From IMG/VR virus record IMGVR_UViG_3300042549_005813: a DNA stretch of 64,000 nt; one strand, written 5' to 3'. Both the position numbers and the translations under genes were made by a program. Positions 21,296 through 31,782 of this stretch are shown piece by piece. The notes under the pieces were generated by a model, which searched no databases, had not been told where the DNA came from, and worked only from the letters and a program-made list of their open reading frames with translations. Each line of letters opens with the position of its first letter. Positions within the stretch are counted from its first letter, which is position 1. This DNA is from a virus.

Positions 21296-21757
21296 ATGAA
21301 AACTTATGGTGAATTTTTGCCAGGTTTAAAAGTTATTACACATCGTAAATTTAATGATGAACGTGGTAATTTCTGTGAACTTTGGAAAATAAATGATGAT
21401 GGTATGAGAGGTCAATTCAGACAACTCAATATTGCAACATCTGTTTATAATGTGTTACGTGGTATGCATAGACAAAATCAAACAAAAATTGTTATGCCAT
21501 TATATGGTAAAATATTCGATGTTGCATTAGAACCAGAAACTGGTAAATGGTTTGGCATTGAGTTGGATGAAAACACTGCTCTTTCTATACCACCAGAATA
21601 CGCACATGGTTACTTGGTTCTTTCAGACACATCAATTGTACAGTATGTTGTTGATGCACCATACAATAAATCAGAAGAAGAAAACTTCAAGTGGGATGGT
21701 TATAATATTGAATGGCCGATTAGTGGCACACCATTATTATCAGTAAAGGATTTATAA
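21296..21757 (+). CDS. rmlC: dTDP-4-dehydrorhamnose 3,5-epimerase-like cupin
   Basis: DERGNFCE, VLRGMH and IPPEYAHGY; start moved to the ATG after the GAGGAG SD. Confidence 0.85.
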   Translation: MKTYGEFLPGLKVITHRKFNDERGNFCELWKINDDGMRGQFRQLNIATSVYNVLRGMHRQNQTKIVMPLYGKIFDVALEPETGKWFGIELDENTALSIPPEYAHGYLVLSDTSIVQYVVDAPYNKSEEENFKWDGYNIEWPISGTPLLSVKDL

Positions 21758-22218
21758 TGAAAATAGGATTTAATTGTAGTACGCTGGATTTATTCCATGC
21801 GGGACATGTTACGATGTTAAAGATTGAAAAACAACACTGTGACCATTTGATTGTTGCAGTACAATCAGACCCGACTATTGATAGACCAGATACCAAAAAC
21901 AAACCAGTACAGTCTTTGTATGAAAGGTTTGTTCAAGTGTCTGGATGTAAATATGTTGATGAAGTATTGGTGTATGAAACAGAAGAAGATTTGGAAAACA
22001 TTTTCAAAACACAAACTATTCATATACGGTTTTTAGGTGATGAATACAAATCAAAACCCTTTACCGCAAAACAATACTGCCTTGATAACGGTATAGAGTT
22101 GTTCTTCCATGATAGACAACATCCATACAGTAGTTCTAAATTGAGACAAAGAGTATATAATGCTGAGGTTGAAAGATTGAAAAAATTAAACACGGAATAT
22201 GATGAATGTCAAAAGTAG
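21757..22218 (+). CDS. Glycerol-3-phosphate cytidylyltransferase-like (TagD family)
   Basis: DLFHAGH motif; YSSSKLR. Confidence 0.85.
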   Translation: MKIGFNCSTLDLFHAGHVTMLKIEKQHCDHLIVAVQSDPTIDRPDTKNKPVQSLYERFVQVSGCKYVDEVLVYETEEDLENIFKTQTIHIRFLGDEYKSKPFTAKQYCLDNGIELFFHDRQHPYSSSKLRQRVYNAEVERLKKLNTEYDECQK

Positions 22219-23276
22219 CAATAATTACAGACCAACATTTTGGTGCGAGAAATGATTCAACACTTTTTTTAGACTTCTATGAGAAGTTTTATAAAGACAC
22301 ATTCTTTCCAACTTTGACAAAAGAAAAGATTGATACTGTACTTATTCTTGGTGACACGTTTGACCGTAGAAAGTATATCAACTTCTTTTCGTTGAAACGT
22401 GCAAAGCAAATGTTCTTTGATCCATTGTTTGAAATGGGTATTCAAGTTCACATGTTGGCTGGTAATCATGATACTTATTTTAAGAACACTAACGATGTTA
22501 ACTCAGCCGATTTATTGTTAGGTGAATATGGTATCACCTTAAATGTTATTGACCATCCAACCGAAATATATGTTGGACCACATAAGATTTGTATGATGCC
22601 TTGGATATGTCCAGAGAATTATGAAGATTCTTTAAAGACATTAAAAGACACCGATGCAAAGTTTTGTATGGGTCATTTTGAAATTGCTGGTTTTGCCATG
22701 TATCGTGGTATGCCATCCGAAGGAGGGTTAGACCGTGGAATTTTTAGGAAGTTTAGTCACACTTTTAGTGGTCATTACCATCACAAATCTTCTAGTGATG
22801 ATATCTACTATTTGGGAAATCCGTATGAACTTACTTGGCAAGATTATAATGACAGTCGGGGTTTTCACTTGTTTGATTTGGATACTCACCAACTTGAGTT
22901 CATAGAAAATCCAAACAAGATGTTTCATCGTATCATTTATGATGATAAAGAACAATCAATCAAAGAAATTGATGGCAAAGATTTAAAACCATATACAAAT
23001 ACCTATGTTAAAGTGGTTGTAATCAATAAAAACAACCCATATTTGTTTGACAAGTTCATGAATAACCTGTATAATGTAAACCCAGCAGACATTACAATTG
23101 CTGAAGATTTTACAGAATTGGAAGATGGTGATGAAGTGATTGATGAAGCTGAAGATACAATCACTATATTAAACAAGTATGTTGATGGCATTACGGAAGA
23201 AAGTATTGACAACGACAGGTTAAAAACCTTATTAAAAGAACTCTACGTAGAGGCATTGAATACTGAACAAGCATGA
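22206..23276 (+). CDS. gp47: Recombination endonuclease gp47 (Mre11/SbcD-like)
   Basis: TDQHFG, GDTFD, GNHD and SGHYH. Confidence 0.95.
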   Translation: MSKVAIITDQHFGARNDSTLFLDFYEKFYKDTFFPTLTKEKIDTVLILGDTFDRRKYINFFSLKRAKQMFFDPLFEMGIQVHMLAGNHDTYFKNTNDVNSADLLLGEYGITLNVIDHPTEIYVGPHKICMMPWICPENYEDSLKTLKDTDAKFCMGHFEIAGFAMYRGMPSEGGLDRGIFRKFSHTFSGHYHHKSSSDDIYYLGNPYELTWQDYNDSRGFHLFDLDTHQLEFIENPNKMFHRIIYDDKEQSIKEIDGKDLKPYTNTYVKVVVINKNNPYLFDKFMNNLYNVNPADITIAEDFTELEDGDEVIDEAEDTITILNKYVDGITEESIDNDRLKTLLKELYVEALNTEQA

Positions 23277-24991
23277 TTTTATTCCAAAAGATTAAGTGGA
23301 AGAATTTTCTTTCCACTGGAGCTCATTTTACTGAGATTGATTTTACTAAGTCCAATAACACCTTGATTATCGGACACAATGGTGCAGGTAAATCCACAAT
23401 ACTGGATGCATTATGTTTTGGTTTATTTGGTAAACCTTTTCGTAAAATTAATAAACCACAGTTACTAAATTCTGTCAACGGTAAAGAGGCTGTTGTTGAA
23501 GTACATTTCAATATTGGCCAAAAGAAATATAAAATTATTCGTGGCATTAAACCAAATATATTTGAAATTTATTTGAATGATGTATTGTTGAACCAAGATG
23601 CAGCTGCAAAAGACTATCAAGAGATACTAGAGAATAATATTCTCAAATTAAATTACAAGTCTTTTACGCAGGTTGTCATTCTTGGTTCAGCATCCTTTGT
23701 TCCGTTTATGCAACTGTCGGCATCAGACCGCAGAGCAATCATTGAGGACCTATTAGACATTCAAATCTTTTCCTCAATGAACAATGTGATTAAAGAAAAG
23801 AATTCTGCCATCAAAGAAGAATTAAATAAATCAAAGTATGCCATATCTCTTACAGAAGAAAAGATAACCTTACAGAAACAAAACATCGAAGAACACAAAA
23901 AGAATAACCATACGGAAATTAATCGTAAACTGGAAGAAATCGAAAAATCAAAAGAACAACATAACAAATTGCAAAATGATATTGTGTTGATTAACAAACA
24001 CATTTCAGTATTGCAAAATAAAGTTGGTGATAAGAAAGTGAAACTTGACAAGAAAGCCAAGGGTCTATTTCAAATCAAAGGTAAGGTTCAGACTAATATT
24101 GACCGTAATCAAAAGGAGATTGACTTCTATGAAAACAACCACGATTGTCCAACATGTAAACAACCTATTACACCTGAGTGGAAAGGTTCTCAAGTACAAG
24201 AAAAGTCAGAGAAAATCACTACACAAAAAACTGGCCTATCTGAGATTGAACAGGAGTTAAACAAAGTAACTTCCGAAATAGAATCAATAACCGATATCAT
24301 TTCACATATCAGTTCCCACAATGGTGAAATTATTAAACACACCTCTACTATGTCAGCAATAAACAGTTACATATCTAAATTGAATAATGAGATTGATGAG
24401 TTGACCAAGAAACAAACTGGTACAGAAGGTGGTGACCAAAAATTAATCGAATTGAATGTTGCATTGAATGATTATAAAAAAGGTTATGAATCTTGTTTAA
24501 TAGAAAAACATTACCATGAATTTGCAGGCACTTTGTTGAAAGATGGTGGCATTAAGACACGGATCATCAAACAATACTTGCCAGTTATGAACAAGTTAGT
24601 TAACAAGTACCTGAAAGCCATGGACTTTTTTGTTAACTTTAACATCAATGAAAACTTTGAAGAAACAATTAAGAGTAGACACCGTGATGATTTCTCTTAT
24701 GCTAATTTTTCAGAAGGTGAAAAGATGCGTATTGATTTGGCATTATTATTTACTTGGCGACAAATTGCCAAACTAAAGAATAGTACCAATACAAATTTGT
24801 TGATACTTGATGAAGTGTTTGATTCCAGCCTCGACACCGTAGGCACTGAAGAATTTCTAAAGTTAATACAAGAAATGGGTGCAGATACAAACGTATTTGT
24901 TATCTCACATAAAGGCGACCAATTGTTCGATAAGTTCCGTTCGGTCATTAAATTTGAAAAGAAAAATAATTTTTCAAGGATTGCAAAATGA
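23273..24991 (+). CDS. gp46: Recombination ATPase gp46 (Rad50/SbcC-like)
   Basis: GHNGAGKST, CPTC zinc hook, FSEGE and LDEVFD. Confidence 0.96.
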   Translation: MILFQKIKWKNFLSTGAHFTEIDFTKSNNTLIIGHNGAGKSTILDALCFGLFGKPFRKINKPQLLNSVNGKEAVVEVHFNIGQKKYKIIRGIKPNIFEIYLNDVLLNQDAAAKDYQEILENNILKLNYKSFTQVVILGSASFVPFMQLSASDRRAIIEDLLDIQIFSSMNNVIKEKNSAIKEELNKSKYAISLTEEKITLQKQNIEEHKKNNHTEINRKLEEIEKSKEQHNKLQNDIVLINKHISVLQNKVGDKKVKLDKKAKGLFQIKGKVQTNIDRNQKEIDFYENNHDCPTCKQPITPEWKGSQVQEKSEKITTQKTGLSEIEQELNKVTSEIESITDIISHISSHNGEIIKHTSTMSAINSYISKLNNEIDELTKKQTGTEGGDQKLIELNVALNDYKKGYESCLIEKHYHEFAGTLLKDGGIKTRIIKQYLPVMNKLVNKYLKAMDFFVNFNINENFEETIKSRHRDDFSYANFSEGEKMRIDLALLFTWRQIAKLKNSTNTNLLILDEVFDSSLDTVGTEEFLKLIQEMGADTNVFVISHKGDQLFDKFRSVIKFEKKNNFSRIAK

Positions 24992-25593
24992 GTACAGAAG
25001 ATATTGTCTTATACGACACAGTAGAAGCGGTTAAGATTAAACCAACAGCAACACAAGTTGAAACATTTGATTTGGTACCACCAGACCATCCAGCTCTGTA
25101 CAAAGTTTTACCAGAGTTTGATTTTGAAAATGCACCAATCAATGCAAATAGTTTTGCATCAACATTGGTAGAAACTTGCAAGAAACAAAATGGTATTGGT
25201 TTATCTGCCAACCAATGTGGTTTCGAATATCGTGTTTTTGTTATGGGTGCCGGCGAAGAATATGTGGCATACTTTAATCCAAAAATACTTTCATCAAGTG
25301 GAGAAAAACACATGGAAGAAGGATGCCTTTCATTCCCTTTCCTAAATCTACACATTACTAGACCAGAAACCGTGGAAGTGGAGTACCAGGATTACAATGG
25401 TGAGAAACGTACCAAAACTTTTAATGGTATATCTGCAAGATGTTTTCTCCATGAGCTTGACCACATGAACGGGATAGTGTATACTAGCCGTGTAAAACCA
25501 CTTGCGTTACAGTATGGTTTAAAAAGACTAGAAAAAATTAGACGCAAGTATTTTAATCCTAAGAAAATGAATCAACTCACACAAAGAACTTAA
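24988..25593 (+). CDS. def: Peptide deformylase
   Basis: GIGLSANQ, EGCLS and HELDH. Confidence 0.93.
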   Translation: MSTEDIVLYDTVEAVKIKPTATQVETFDLVPPDHPALYKVLPEFDFENAPINANSFASTLVETCKKQNGIGLSANQCGFEYRVFVMGAGEEYVAYFNPKILSSSGEKHMEEGCLSFPFLNLHITRPETVEVEYQDYNGEKRTKTFNGISARCFLHELDHMNGIVYTSRVKPLALQYGLKRLEKIRRKYFNPKKMNQLTQRT

Positions 25594-26858
25594 TGGCCAC
25601 ACCTATAGATTATGTTGATGCTCAGTGGGAAAAATGGCAGGTACTAAATGAACCTGAACGTTTTGAACACATTGATACCGAGCAGCTAAAAGAAATATTG
25701 ATTAAGGACCTTACGTATGCCTCACAGATGGATGTACGTGAATATACCTTATATCAAAAATGGTTAGAGGTACATGAGAAGTATCCTACCAGAAACATCG
25801 GCACCTTGTTTGGTGAAGATATACAATTGGTAGATGTTACACAAAAGAAACTGGTTGAAAAGGTTAAGAAGAACTTTTGGATGCCAGAAGGTCCAGATGA
25901 TTATGAAAAATTGAAACCAAGACTGGTACTATCGAATGGAACTTTGGCAGAAACTTGGAATACAGTACGTACATTTTCTTCTACAATGAAGAACAACTCT
26001 AACATTGGTCGTAATCTTTATTACACCGTGGTTGATGAGAACACAGACAAGTATCTTGGTGTTATGTGTATATCGTCCGACTTCTTGGACTTGACTCCAA
26101 GAGACACCGCAATCGGTTGGCCTAGAGATGTTAAGACTCAACAAGGTATGATTAATCACACTGCCATCGGTTCTACAATTGTTCCGTTACAACCGCTTGG
26201 TTTCAATTACATGGGTGGCAAGCTGTTGGCATTGCTATGCCTTGCGGACACAGTACAAAAAGATTGGAAAAGACAATATGATGATGTTCTCGTTGGAGTC
26301 ACTACTACTTCTCTTTATGGCAATACTAAGTCTGGTGGTTTATCTCAGTATGATGGTTTGGATCACTGGAACAAAATGGGTTTCTCCAGTGGGTCGGTTG
26401 CCTTTGAACCATCCAGAAAAACCAGAGCGTTGATTTACAATTGGGTAAAAGAGAACTACACACGAAAATATTTTGAATGGTGGGAAGCCAAGAATCAAAA
26501 AGGTTTGCCACTTAAACGTGACCATAAAAATCGTACACTAAATTTTGCATATGGTAAGTTAGGTATTCCAAAAGAACTTATCCGTACCGAACATCAGAGA
26601 GGAATCTACTTCTCTCCTCTGTACAACAACACCAATGAATATCTTAGAAAAGAAATTGGTGATGAACAACTGGTCAAATCATTTGATACCAGTGAAGAAG
26701 CCTTGGTGCAAATTTGGAAAACCAAATATGCCAAAGGTCGTATATCAATGTTAAAGAAAAAGAATAATGTATCTTATGAATCATTGTTCTATGATGACTT
26801 GATATACCTGTCTTGGGAAGAAACCAAGACCAAATATTTGCCACAAGTTGGCAGATAA
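25593..26858 (+). CDS. DUF4338/DruA-like protein, copy 1
   Basis: VPLQPLGFNYMGGKLLA and TTTSLYG...SQY motifs, recalled as DruA/DUF4338-like; paralogue at 51666. Confidence 0.55.
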   Translation: MATPIDYVDAQWEKWQVLNEPERFEHIDTEQLKEILIKDLTYASQMDVREYTLYQKWLEVHEKYPTRNIGTLFGEDIQLVDVTQKKLVEKVKKNFWMPEGPDDYEKLKPRLVLSNGTLAETWNTVRTFSSTMKNNSNIGRNLYYTVVDENTDKYLGVMCISSDFLDLTPRDTAIGWPRDVKTQQGMINHTAIGSTIVPLQPLGFNYMGGKLLALLCLADTVQKDWKRQYDDVLVGVTTTSLYGNTKSGGLSQYDGLDHWNKMGFSSGSVAFEPSRKTRALIYNWVKENYTRKYFEWWEAKNQKGLPLKRDHKNRTLNFAYGKLGIPKELIRTEHQRGIYFSPLYNNTNEYLRKEIGDEQLVKSFDTSEEALVQIWKTKYAKGRISMLKKKNNVSYESLFYDDLIYLSWEETKTKYLPQVGR

Positions 26859-26879
26859 AAAAGTATACCACAAATATAC

Positions 26880-26908
26880 TTGACACACACACTAAGTAGT
26901 AGTATAAT
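26880..26908 (+). promoter_or_regulatory. Sigma70 promoter
   Basis: TTGACA-17-TATAAT. Confidence 0.85.
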
Positions 26909-26963
26909 GTAAATTCTTGCACACGCAAGTACTTTGTTTAACTTTGTCATTAGGAGATTTATC

Positions 26964-27233
26964 TTGACTAAACTATCCGCAAAAACCCGCATACTCAACT
27001 TTTTGAGCAAGACTGAGGGTTATAACACCCTTTCTACAGCACAAGCTCGTGCTCGTTTCGGAATCCAAAACGTTTCCGCACGTATTGATGAATTGCGCCA
27101 AGAAGGCCATGTCATCTACACTAACACCAAATCCCGTGGTGATGGTAGTAAGGTTTCTGTTTACCGCATGGGCAAACCAACCAAGTCTATGGTTCGTACC
27201 GCTATCAATGCAGGTTACAGCTTCAACGCCTAA
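26964..27233 (+). CDS. Small winged-helix DNA-binding protein
   Basis: ARFGIQNVSARIDELRQEGHVI HTH pattern; TTG start after AGGAG SD. Confidence 0.7.
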   Translation: MTKLSAKTRILNFLSKTEGYNTLSTAQARARFGIQNVSARIDELRQEGHVIYTNTKSRGDGSKVSVYRMGKPTKSMVRTAINAGYSFNA

Positions 27234-27245
27234 TTAGGTGAATAC

Positions 27246-27280
27246 GGGGAGACCACTTGATGTGGTACTCCCTTTTTTTT
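27246..27280 (+). terminator. Intrinsic terminator
   Basis: GGGAG-ACCAC...GTGGT-A-CTCCC hairpin plus T-run. Confidence 0.75.
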
Positions 27281-27295
27281 ATTTTTGGAGAGTAA

Positions 27296-28114
27296 ATGGA
27301 AATTTCAATTAAAAAAGAAGAATTAGCAAAGAAAAGTATTTTCGTTGCGACACCAATGTACGGCGGAATGAATCACGGACTCTATGCCAAAGCATGTCTC
27401 GATTTACAAGCCATCTGTATGCAGTATGGTGTCCAAGTGAAATTTTCATTTCTTTTCAATGAGTCTTTAATTACCCGTGCTAGAAATTATCTTGTTGATG
27501 AATTTCTGCATCGTTCTGATTGTACGCACATGTTGTTTATTGATGCTGACGTACACTTTAATCCACAAGATGTTATTGCTTTATTGGCACTAGATAAAGA
27601 TGTTATTGGTGGTCCTTATCCTAAGAAGGCCATCAAATGGTCATCTGTTAAGAAAGCTTTGACTAAAAATCCAGCCATGGAAGCAAGTGACTTAGAAAAA
27701 GTTACTGGCGATTATGTTTTTAATCCCGTAAAAGGCACAGACAAATTTAGTGTTTCCGATCCATTAGAAGTTTTGGAAATTGGTACCGGTTTTATGATGG
27801 TTAAACGTGAAGTGTTTCCTAAATTTGCAGAAGCATTTCCACATTTGCGTTATAAACCAGACCATGTTGGCCAAGCCAATTTTGATGGATCACGATACAT
27901 CCATGCATACTTTGATACATTGATTGATACTATAGATTCTCCAACTGGTGGTGGTTCAGACCGTTACTTGTCAGAAGACTACATGTTCTGTCAACTGTGG
28001 CGTAAAATTGGTGGTTCTATTTGGTTGTGTCCTTGGATGCGAGCAGACCACATTGGTACGTACCACTTTAAAGGTGATATGCCAGCTGTTGCGAATTACG
28101 TTGGAGAAATGTAA
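27296..28114 (+). CDS. GT-A fold glycosyltransferase-like protein
   Basis: ATPMYGG, ESLITRARN, FIDAD (DxD) and LSEDYMFC. Confidence 0.7.
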   Translation: MEISIKKEELAKKSIFVATPMYGGMNHGLYAKACLDLQAICMQYGVQVKFSFLFNESLITRARNYLVDEFLHRSDCTHMLFIDADVHFNPQDVIALLALDKDVIGGPYPKKAIKWSSVKKALTKNPAMEASDLEKVTGDYVFNPVKGTDKFSVSDPLEVLEIGTGFMMVKREVFPKFAEAFPHLRYKPDHVGQANFDGSRYIHAYFDTLIDTIDSPTGGGSDRYLSEDYMFCQLWRKIGGSIWLCPWMRADHIGTYHFKGDMPAVANYVGEM

Positions 28115-28776
28115 TGCTTGTTGGGTTACTTGGATTCATTGGTTCAGGTAAAGGTACTGCTGGCGACATACTTAAAGACCTTGGTTTTACTCCTGTGAGT
28201 TTTGCCAAAGGTGTTAAAGATGTTGCCGCAGAAATGTTTGGTTGGCCTCGGCATTTGTTAGAGGGTGATACTGAACAGTCTAGACAATGGCGTGAACAAC
28301 CAGATAAGTTTTGGTCGGAAGAATTTGGTCGTCAGTTCACACCAAGAATTGCATTACAGTTAATGGGTACAGAAGTTGGACGTGATGTATTTCACCAAGA
28401 CTTTTGGGTAATTAAACTCAAAAACTATATGCAGAAAAATCCAGACCAAAACTATGTAATAACTGATGTACGTTTTCAAAATGAAATTGATTTCGTACAT
28501 AAACAAAATGGTATCTTAATTGAGATACAACGTGGTGTAACACCACATTGGTATGAAATTGCTTCCAAAGCAAATCGTGGTGACTGGAAAGCGGAAGACT
28601 TTATGTTGAAACAATCTGGTGTACATGAATCTGAGTGGCGTTGGATTGGTGGTTACATCGACCATCAAATTGACAATACCAAATCCTTAGAAGATTTGAA
28701 AGTTAATATGATTAAATGCTTGACAACCTCTTATGGACCAAGTATAATGAGTGAATTGAAACAAGGAGTATCGTAA
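28114..28776 (+). CDS. Deoxynucleoside monophosphate kinase (gp1-like)
   Basis: GFIGSGKGT, LQLMGTEVGR, DVRFQNE and HESE. Confidence 0.9.
   Translation: MLVGLLGFIGSGKGTAGDILKDLGFTPVSFAKGVKDVAAEMFGWPRHLLEGDTEQSRQWREQPDKFWSEEFGRQFTPRIALQLMGTEVGRDVFHQDFWVIKLKNYMQKNPDQNYVITDVRFQNEIDFVHKQNGILIEIQRGVTPHWYEIASKANRGDWKAEDFMLKQSGVHESEWRWIGGYIDHQIDNTKSLEDLKVNMIKCLTTSYGPSIMSELKQGVS
28720..28748 (+). promoter_or_regulatory. Sigma70 promoter for gp45, embedded in the kinase 3' end
   Basis: TTGACA-17-TATAAT. Confidence 0.75.
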
Positions 28777-29453
28777 TGAAATTATCTAATGAGACCTTAA
28801 CGGTTCTTAAAAACTTTGCCAACATTAATCCTGGCATTGAGTTTAAGACAGGTAAGAAATTGACAACTATTTCCGCAACAAAGACTGTACTGGCCAAGGC
28901 CGGAGTTAAAGATGAATTCCCACAAGATTTCTGTATCTATGATTTGAACCAGTTTTTATCTGTACAATCATTATACAAAGATGGTGAAATTGACTTTGAT
29001 GACAAACATGTTATCTTCAAAGTTGGTCGTAAGAAACTAAACTATCGCAAGACTGCCAAGAGTATGATTGTAACTCCGCCAGATAAAGAATTGACGTTGC
29101 CTTCTGTTGATGTGTCCTTTACATTGAAAGAAGAAGAACTTGCTTCTATTCTAAAGACCGCAAGCATCCTACAATCACCTAACATTGCTATCATGTCTGA
29201 TGGTGAAAAGATTTCTATCACAACCTGTGATGCAAAAGACAACTCTGCACATACCGACTCAACAGAAATTGCTGATGGTAATGGTAAGAAGTTTAAGGCT
29301 TTGTTTTTGACAGAGAACTTTAAAATGATTTCTGGTTCTTATGAGGTACAAATCTCATCTAAAGGTTTGTCATACTTTAAAAATACTAAAGAAGATATGG
29401 AATACTGGATTGCTATTGAAGCAAAAGAGTCTGACCTATCGTTTGGAGAATAA
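28776..29453 (+). CDS. gp45: Sliding clamp gp45
   Basis: MKLSNETLTVLKNFANIN, IYDLNQFL and YWIAIE. Confidence 0.95.
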   Translation: MKLSNETLTVLKNFANINPGIEFKTGKKLTTISATKTVLAKAGVKDEFPQDFCIYDLNQFLSVQSLYKDGEIDFDDKHVIFKVGRKKLNYRKTAKSMIVTPPDKELTLPSVDVSFTLKEEELASILKTASILQSPNIAIMSDGEKISITTCDAKDNSAHTDSTEIADGNGKKFKALFLTENFKMISGSYEVQISSKGLSYFKNTKEDMEYWIAIEAKESDLSFGE

Positions 29454-29454
29454 T

Positions 29455-29637
29455 ATGATTTGGGTTACAGACGCAGCCAACGGCAACAAAGTTTCAATTA
29501 ATGAAAATTATATCGTAGCGGTATATACTATGATTGATGGTGAACTAAAAGGTAAAACAGGAATCAAACTCACAAACAGTGATATCATTGTTGAAGAAAG
29601 TGATTACGATGTTATTGCACTGATTGGATCCAATTAA
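29455..29637 (+). CDS. Hypothetical protein
   Basis: ATG after GGAG SD; fills the gap between genes. Confidence 0.55.
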   Translation: MIWVTDAANGNKVSINENYIVAVYTMIDGELKGKTGIKLTNSDIIVEESDYDVIALIGSN

Positions 29638-29912
29638 TGACTAAAGTAAATACATTGTTTGGTTCTTTTGACGAAGACCAACTTAAAAAACTCAAAGGTT
29701 ATATTGATGAAGTGGTACTGCATATGCAGAGAAACCAATCCAATAATGAGGCAATTAAAGATATTGTGGATATTACCAATGATGAATTGAAAATCCCTAA
29801 GAAGATTGTCAAACGTATGGCAAAAACACAATTCAAAAATTCATTCCAAACTGAAGTGGCAGAATCAAAAGAGTTTGAAGCTCTATTTGAAAGTATGAAC
29901 GAGGTAAAATGA
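29637..29912 (+). CDS. T4 DsbA-like dsDNA-binding protein
   Basis: About 90 aa, helical; IKDIVD...ELKIPKKIVKRMAK...F.....E...FE.L pattern. Confidence 0.6.
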   Translation: MTKVNTLFGSFDEDQLKKLKGYIDEVVLHMQRNQSNNEAIKDIVDITNDELKIPKKIVKRMAKTQFKNSFQTEVAESKEFEALFESMNEVK

Positions 29913-30109
29913 TGGGTGAAATTAGAACATGGACTGATAAGACTGAATACATTGCTGTATTGAATAAAGAAATTAGTGTATTGAAATCTAGATTCGATCC
30001 AAACCAAGAAGGCACTGGTCATTATAATACAGCAATAAGTGTTTTACAAAGTCGTGTTGAAGAACTTAAAAAAGATTTAAGTTGGCCTTTTCCACATGCA
30101 ACAGACTGA
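29909..30109 (+). CDS. Hypothetical protein
   Basis: ORF with GAGG SD; overlaps neighbours. Confidence 0.55.
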   Translation: MMGEIRTWTDKTEYIAVLNKEISVLKSRFDPNQEGTGHYNTAISVLQSRVEELKKDLSWPFPHATD

Positions 30110-30443
30110 AATTCAATTTTTCTTTCCGTTGATGGAGCAAACCAAACTGGATTTGGATTTTACTCCGTGTGAACAATGGATTGCAGAATGGCGAAATAAA
30201 CAATGGAGTCCTGTCACACTTGATGGCAGTTACTTGATTACTAGTGGTGGTACTGGTGTCACCAGTTGGATAGGTGCTACCAGTTCGCATCAAACCGAGT
30301 TTGTTATAAGACCCAGTGAAAAGAATGTTGGTAAGTGGGAAATCACAGACTCTATGTTTGTTTATAGACCCACTAAACCAAATGCCGTCATCAGATTTAT
30401 GGCCAAGTATCTTCTTGGCTTTAAATGGCACGATGAAATTTAA
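30096..30443 (+). CDS. Hypothetical protein
   Basis: ORF filling the operon before gp44. Confidence 0.5.
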   Translation: MQQTEIQFFFPLMEQTKLDLDFTPCEQWIAEWRNKQWSPVTLDGSYLITSGGTGVTSWIGATSSHQTEFVIRPSEKNVGKWEITDSMFVYRPTKPNAVIRFMAKYLLGFKWHDEI

Positions 30444-30463
30444 TTATATTATGGAGTATTTGA

Positions 30464-31396
30464 ATGTCACACATTTTATGGGTCGAGAAGTATCGTCCTA
30501 AGACCATCGAAGATTGTATTCTTCCTGATGGCATCAAGGCCACATTTCAGGAGTATGTAAACCGCAAAGAGATTCCCAATCTCTTGTTGGCTGGTTCTGC
30601 TGGTGTTGGTAAAACTACAATTGCAAAGGCTCTCTGTGAAGAAGTCGGTTGCGATTACATTATGATTAACGGTTCAGATGAATCGGGTATTGATGTTCTA
30701 CGGAACAAAATCAAGAACTACGCATCATCTATGTCCTTGTCAGGCGGCCGCAAGGTTGTTATTATTGACGAAGCAGACTATCTAAATCCAAATTCAACTC
30801 AACCTGCGCTGCGTGGTGCTATCGAGGAGTTCTCATCCAACTGTTCATTCATCTTCACATGTAACTTTAAGAACAGAATCATTGACCCGATTCATTCACG
30901 TTGTACCGTTATTGACTTTAAAATCAATGGCAGTAAACAAAAGATGGCTGCAGGATTCTTCAAACGTGTTGAATGGATTTTAGAGCAAGAAGATGTTACA
31001 TACGATAAGCAAGTGGTTGCTGCCGTTATCACCAAACATTTCCCTGATAATCGCCGTGTTCTAAATGAACTACAACGTTATAGTGTTAGTGGCACAATCG
31101 ACAAAGGCATCTTGGCCTCGGTTTCTGATGTACAGATGAGTGAACTGGTGTCTTCTATTATGAACAAGGACTTCGCTTCTTGTCGAAAATGGACTACAAA
31201 CAACCTCGACAACGATATCACCAGAATCTTTAGAAACATCTATGATTCATTATATGAGAAGTTGAAACCCAACTCTGTACCACAAATGGTACTAATTTTG
31301 GCTAAGTATCAATATCAGTCAGCCTTTGTTGCAGACCACGAAATCAATTTGATTGCCTGCCTTACAGAACTAATGGTTGAATGTGAATTCAAATGA
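30464..31396 (+). CDS. gp44: Clamp loader large subunit gp44
   Basis: WVEKYRP, GSAGVGKTT, IIDEAD and SRC. Confidence 0.96.
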   Translation: MSHILWVEKYRPKTIEDCILPDGIKATFQEYVNRKEIPNLLLAGSAGVGKTTIAKALCEEVGCDYIMINGSDESGIDVLRNKIKNYASSMSLSGGRKVVIIDEADYLNPNSTQPALRGAIEEFSSNCSFIFTCNFKNRIIDPIHSRCTVIDFKINGSKQKMAAGFFKRVEWILEQEDVTYDKQVVAAVITKHFPDNRRVLNELQRYSVSGTIDKGILASVSDVQMSELVSSIMNKDFASCRKWTTNNLDNDITRIFRNIYDSLYEKLKPNSVPQMVLILAKYQYQSAFVADHEINLIACLTELMVECEFK

Positions 31397-31782
31397 GTCC
31401 GTTCGACTATGCCGATTACATCCTGAGAAAGAAGGTGCCGGATGGTGAATTGGACTACAAAGATTATGCACCTTTCTTAATCAATAGGTCTCTCTCCAAC
31501 CACTTAGATTGTGTCTTGTATGTCAATGACATGAACTTGTGGCCAGGTATTGATAAAGACATGCAATACCAGTATCTTCTAAATAGTATCAGGCCTATGA
31601 AACGTAAATTCGTTCCATGGCAGAAGGCCGATTTTGATAAGGATATTGAGTGTGTGAAGACCTATTTTGGTTATTCTAATGCCAAGGCCAAAGAGGCCCT
31701 ACGTATTCTTACTGATGAACAAATCGCTGATATAAAAACAAAAATAGATACAGGCGGAGTGAAGAATAATGATAGACATTAA
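31393..31782 (+). CDS. gp62: Clamp loader small subunit gp62
   Basis: YAPFLINRSLS and YFGYSNAKAKEAL; follows gp44. Confidence 0.9.
   Translation: MSPFDYADYILRKKVPDGELDYKDYAPFLINRSLSNHLDCVLYVNDMNLWPGIDKDMQYQYLLNSIRPMKRKFVPWQKADFDKDIECVKTYFGYSNAKAKEALRILTDEQIADIKTKIDTGGVKNNDRH

Noticed and set aside
21296-21325. Capsid-targeting-like N-terminus (MKTYGEFL) on RmlC
   Set aside because: It lacks Glu at position 10 and aligns with the normal RmlC start (LPGLKVI).
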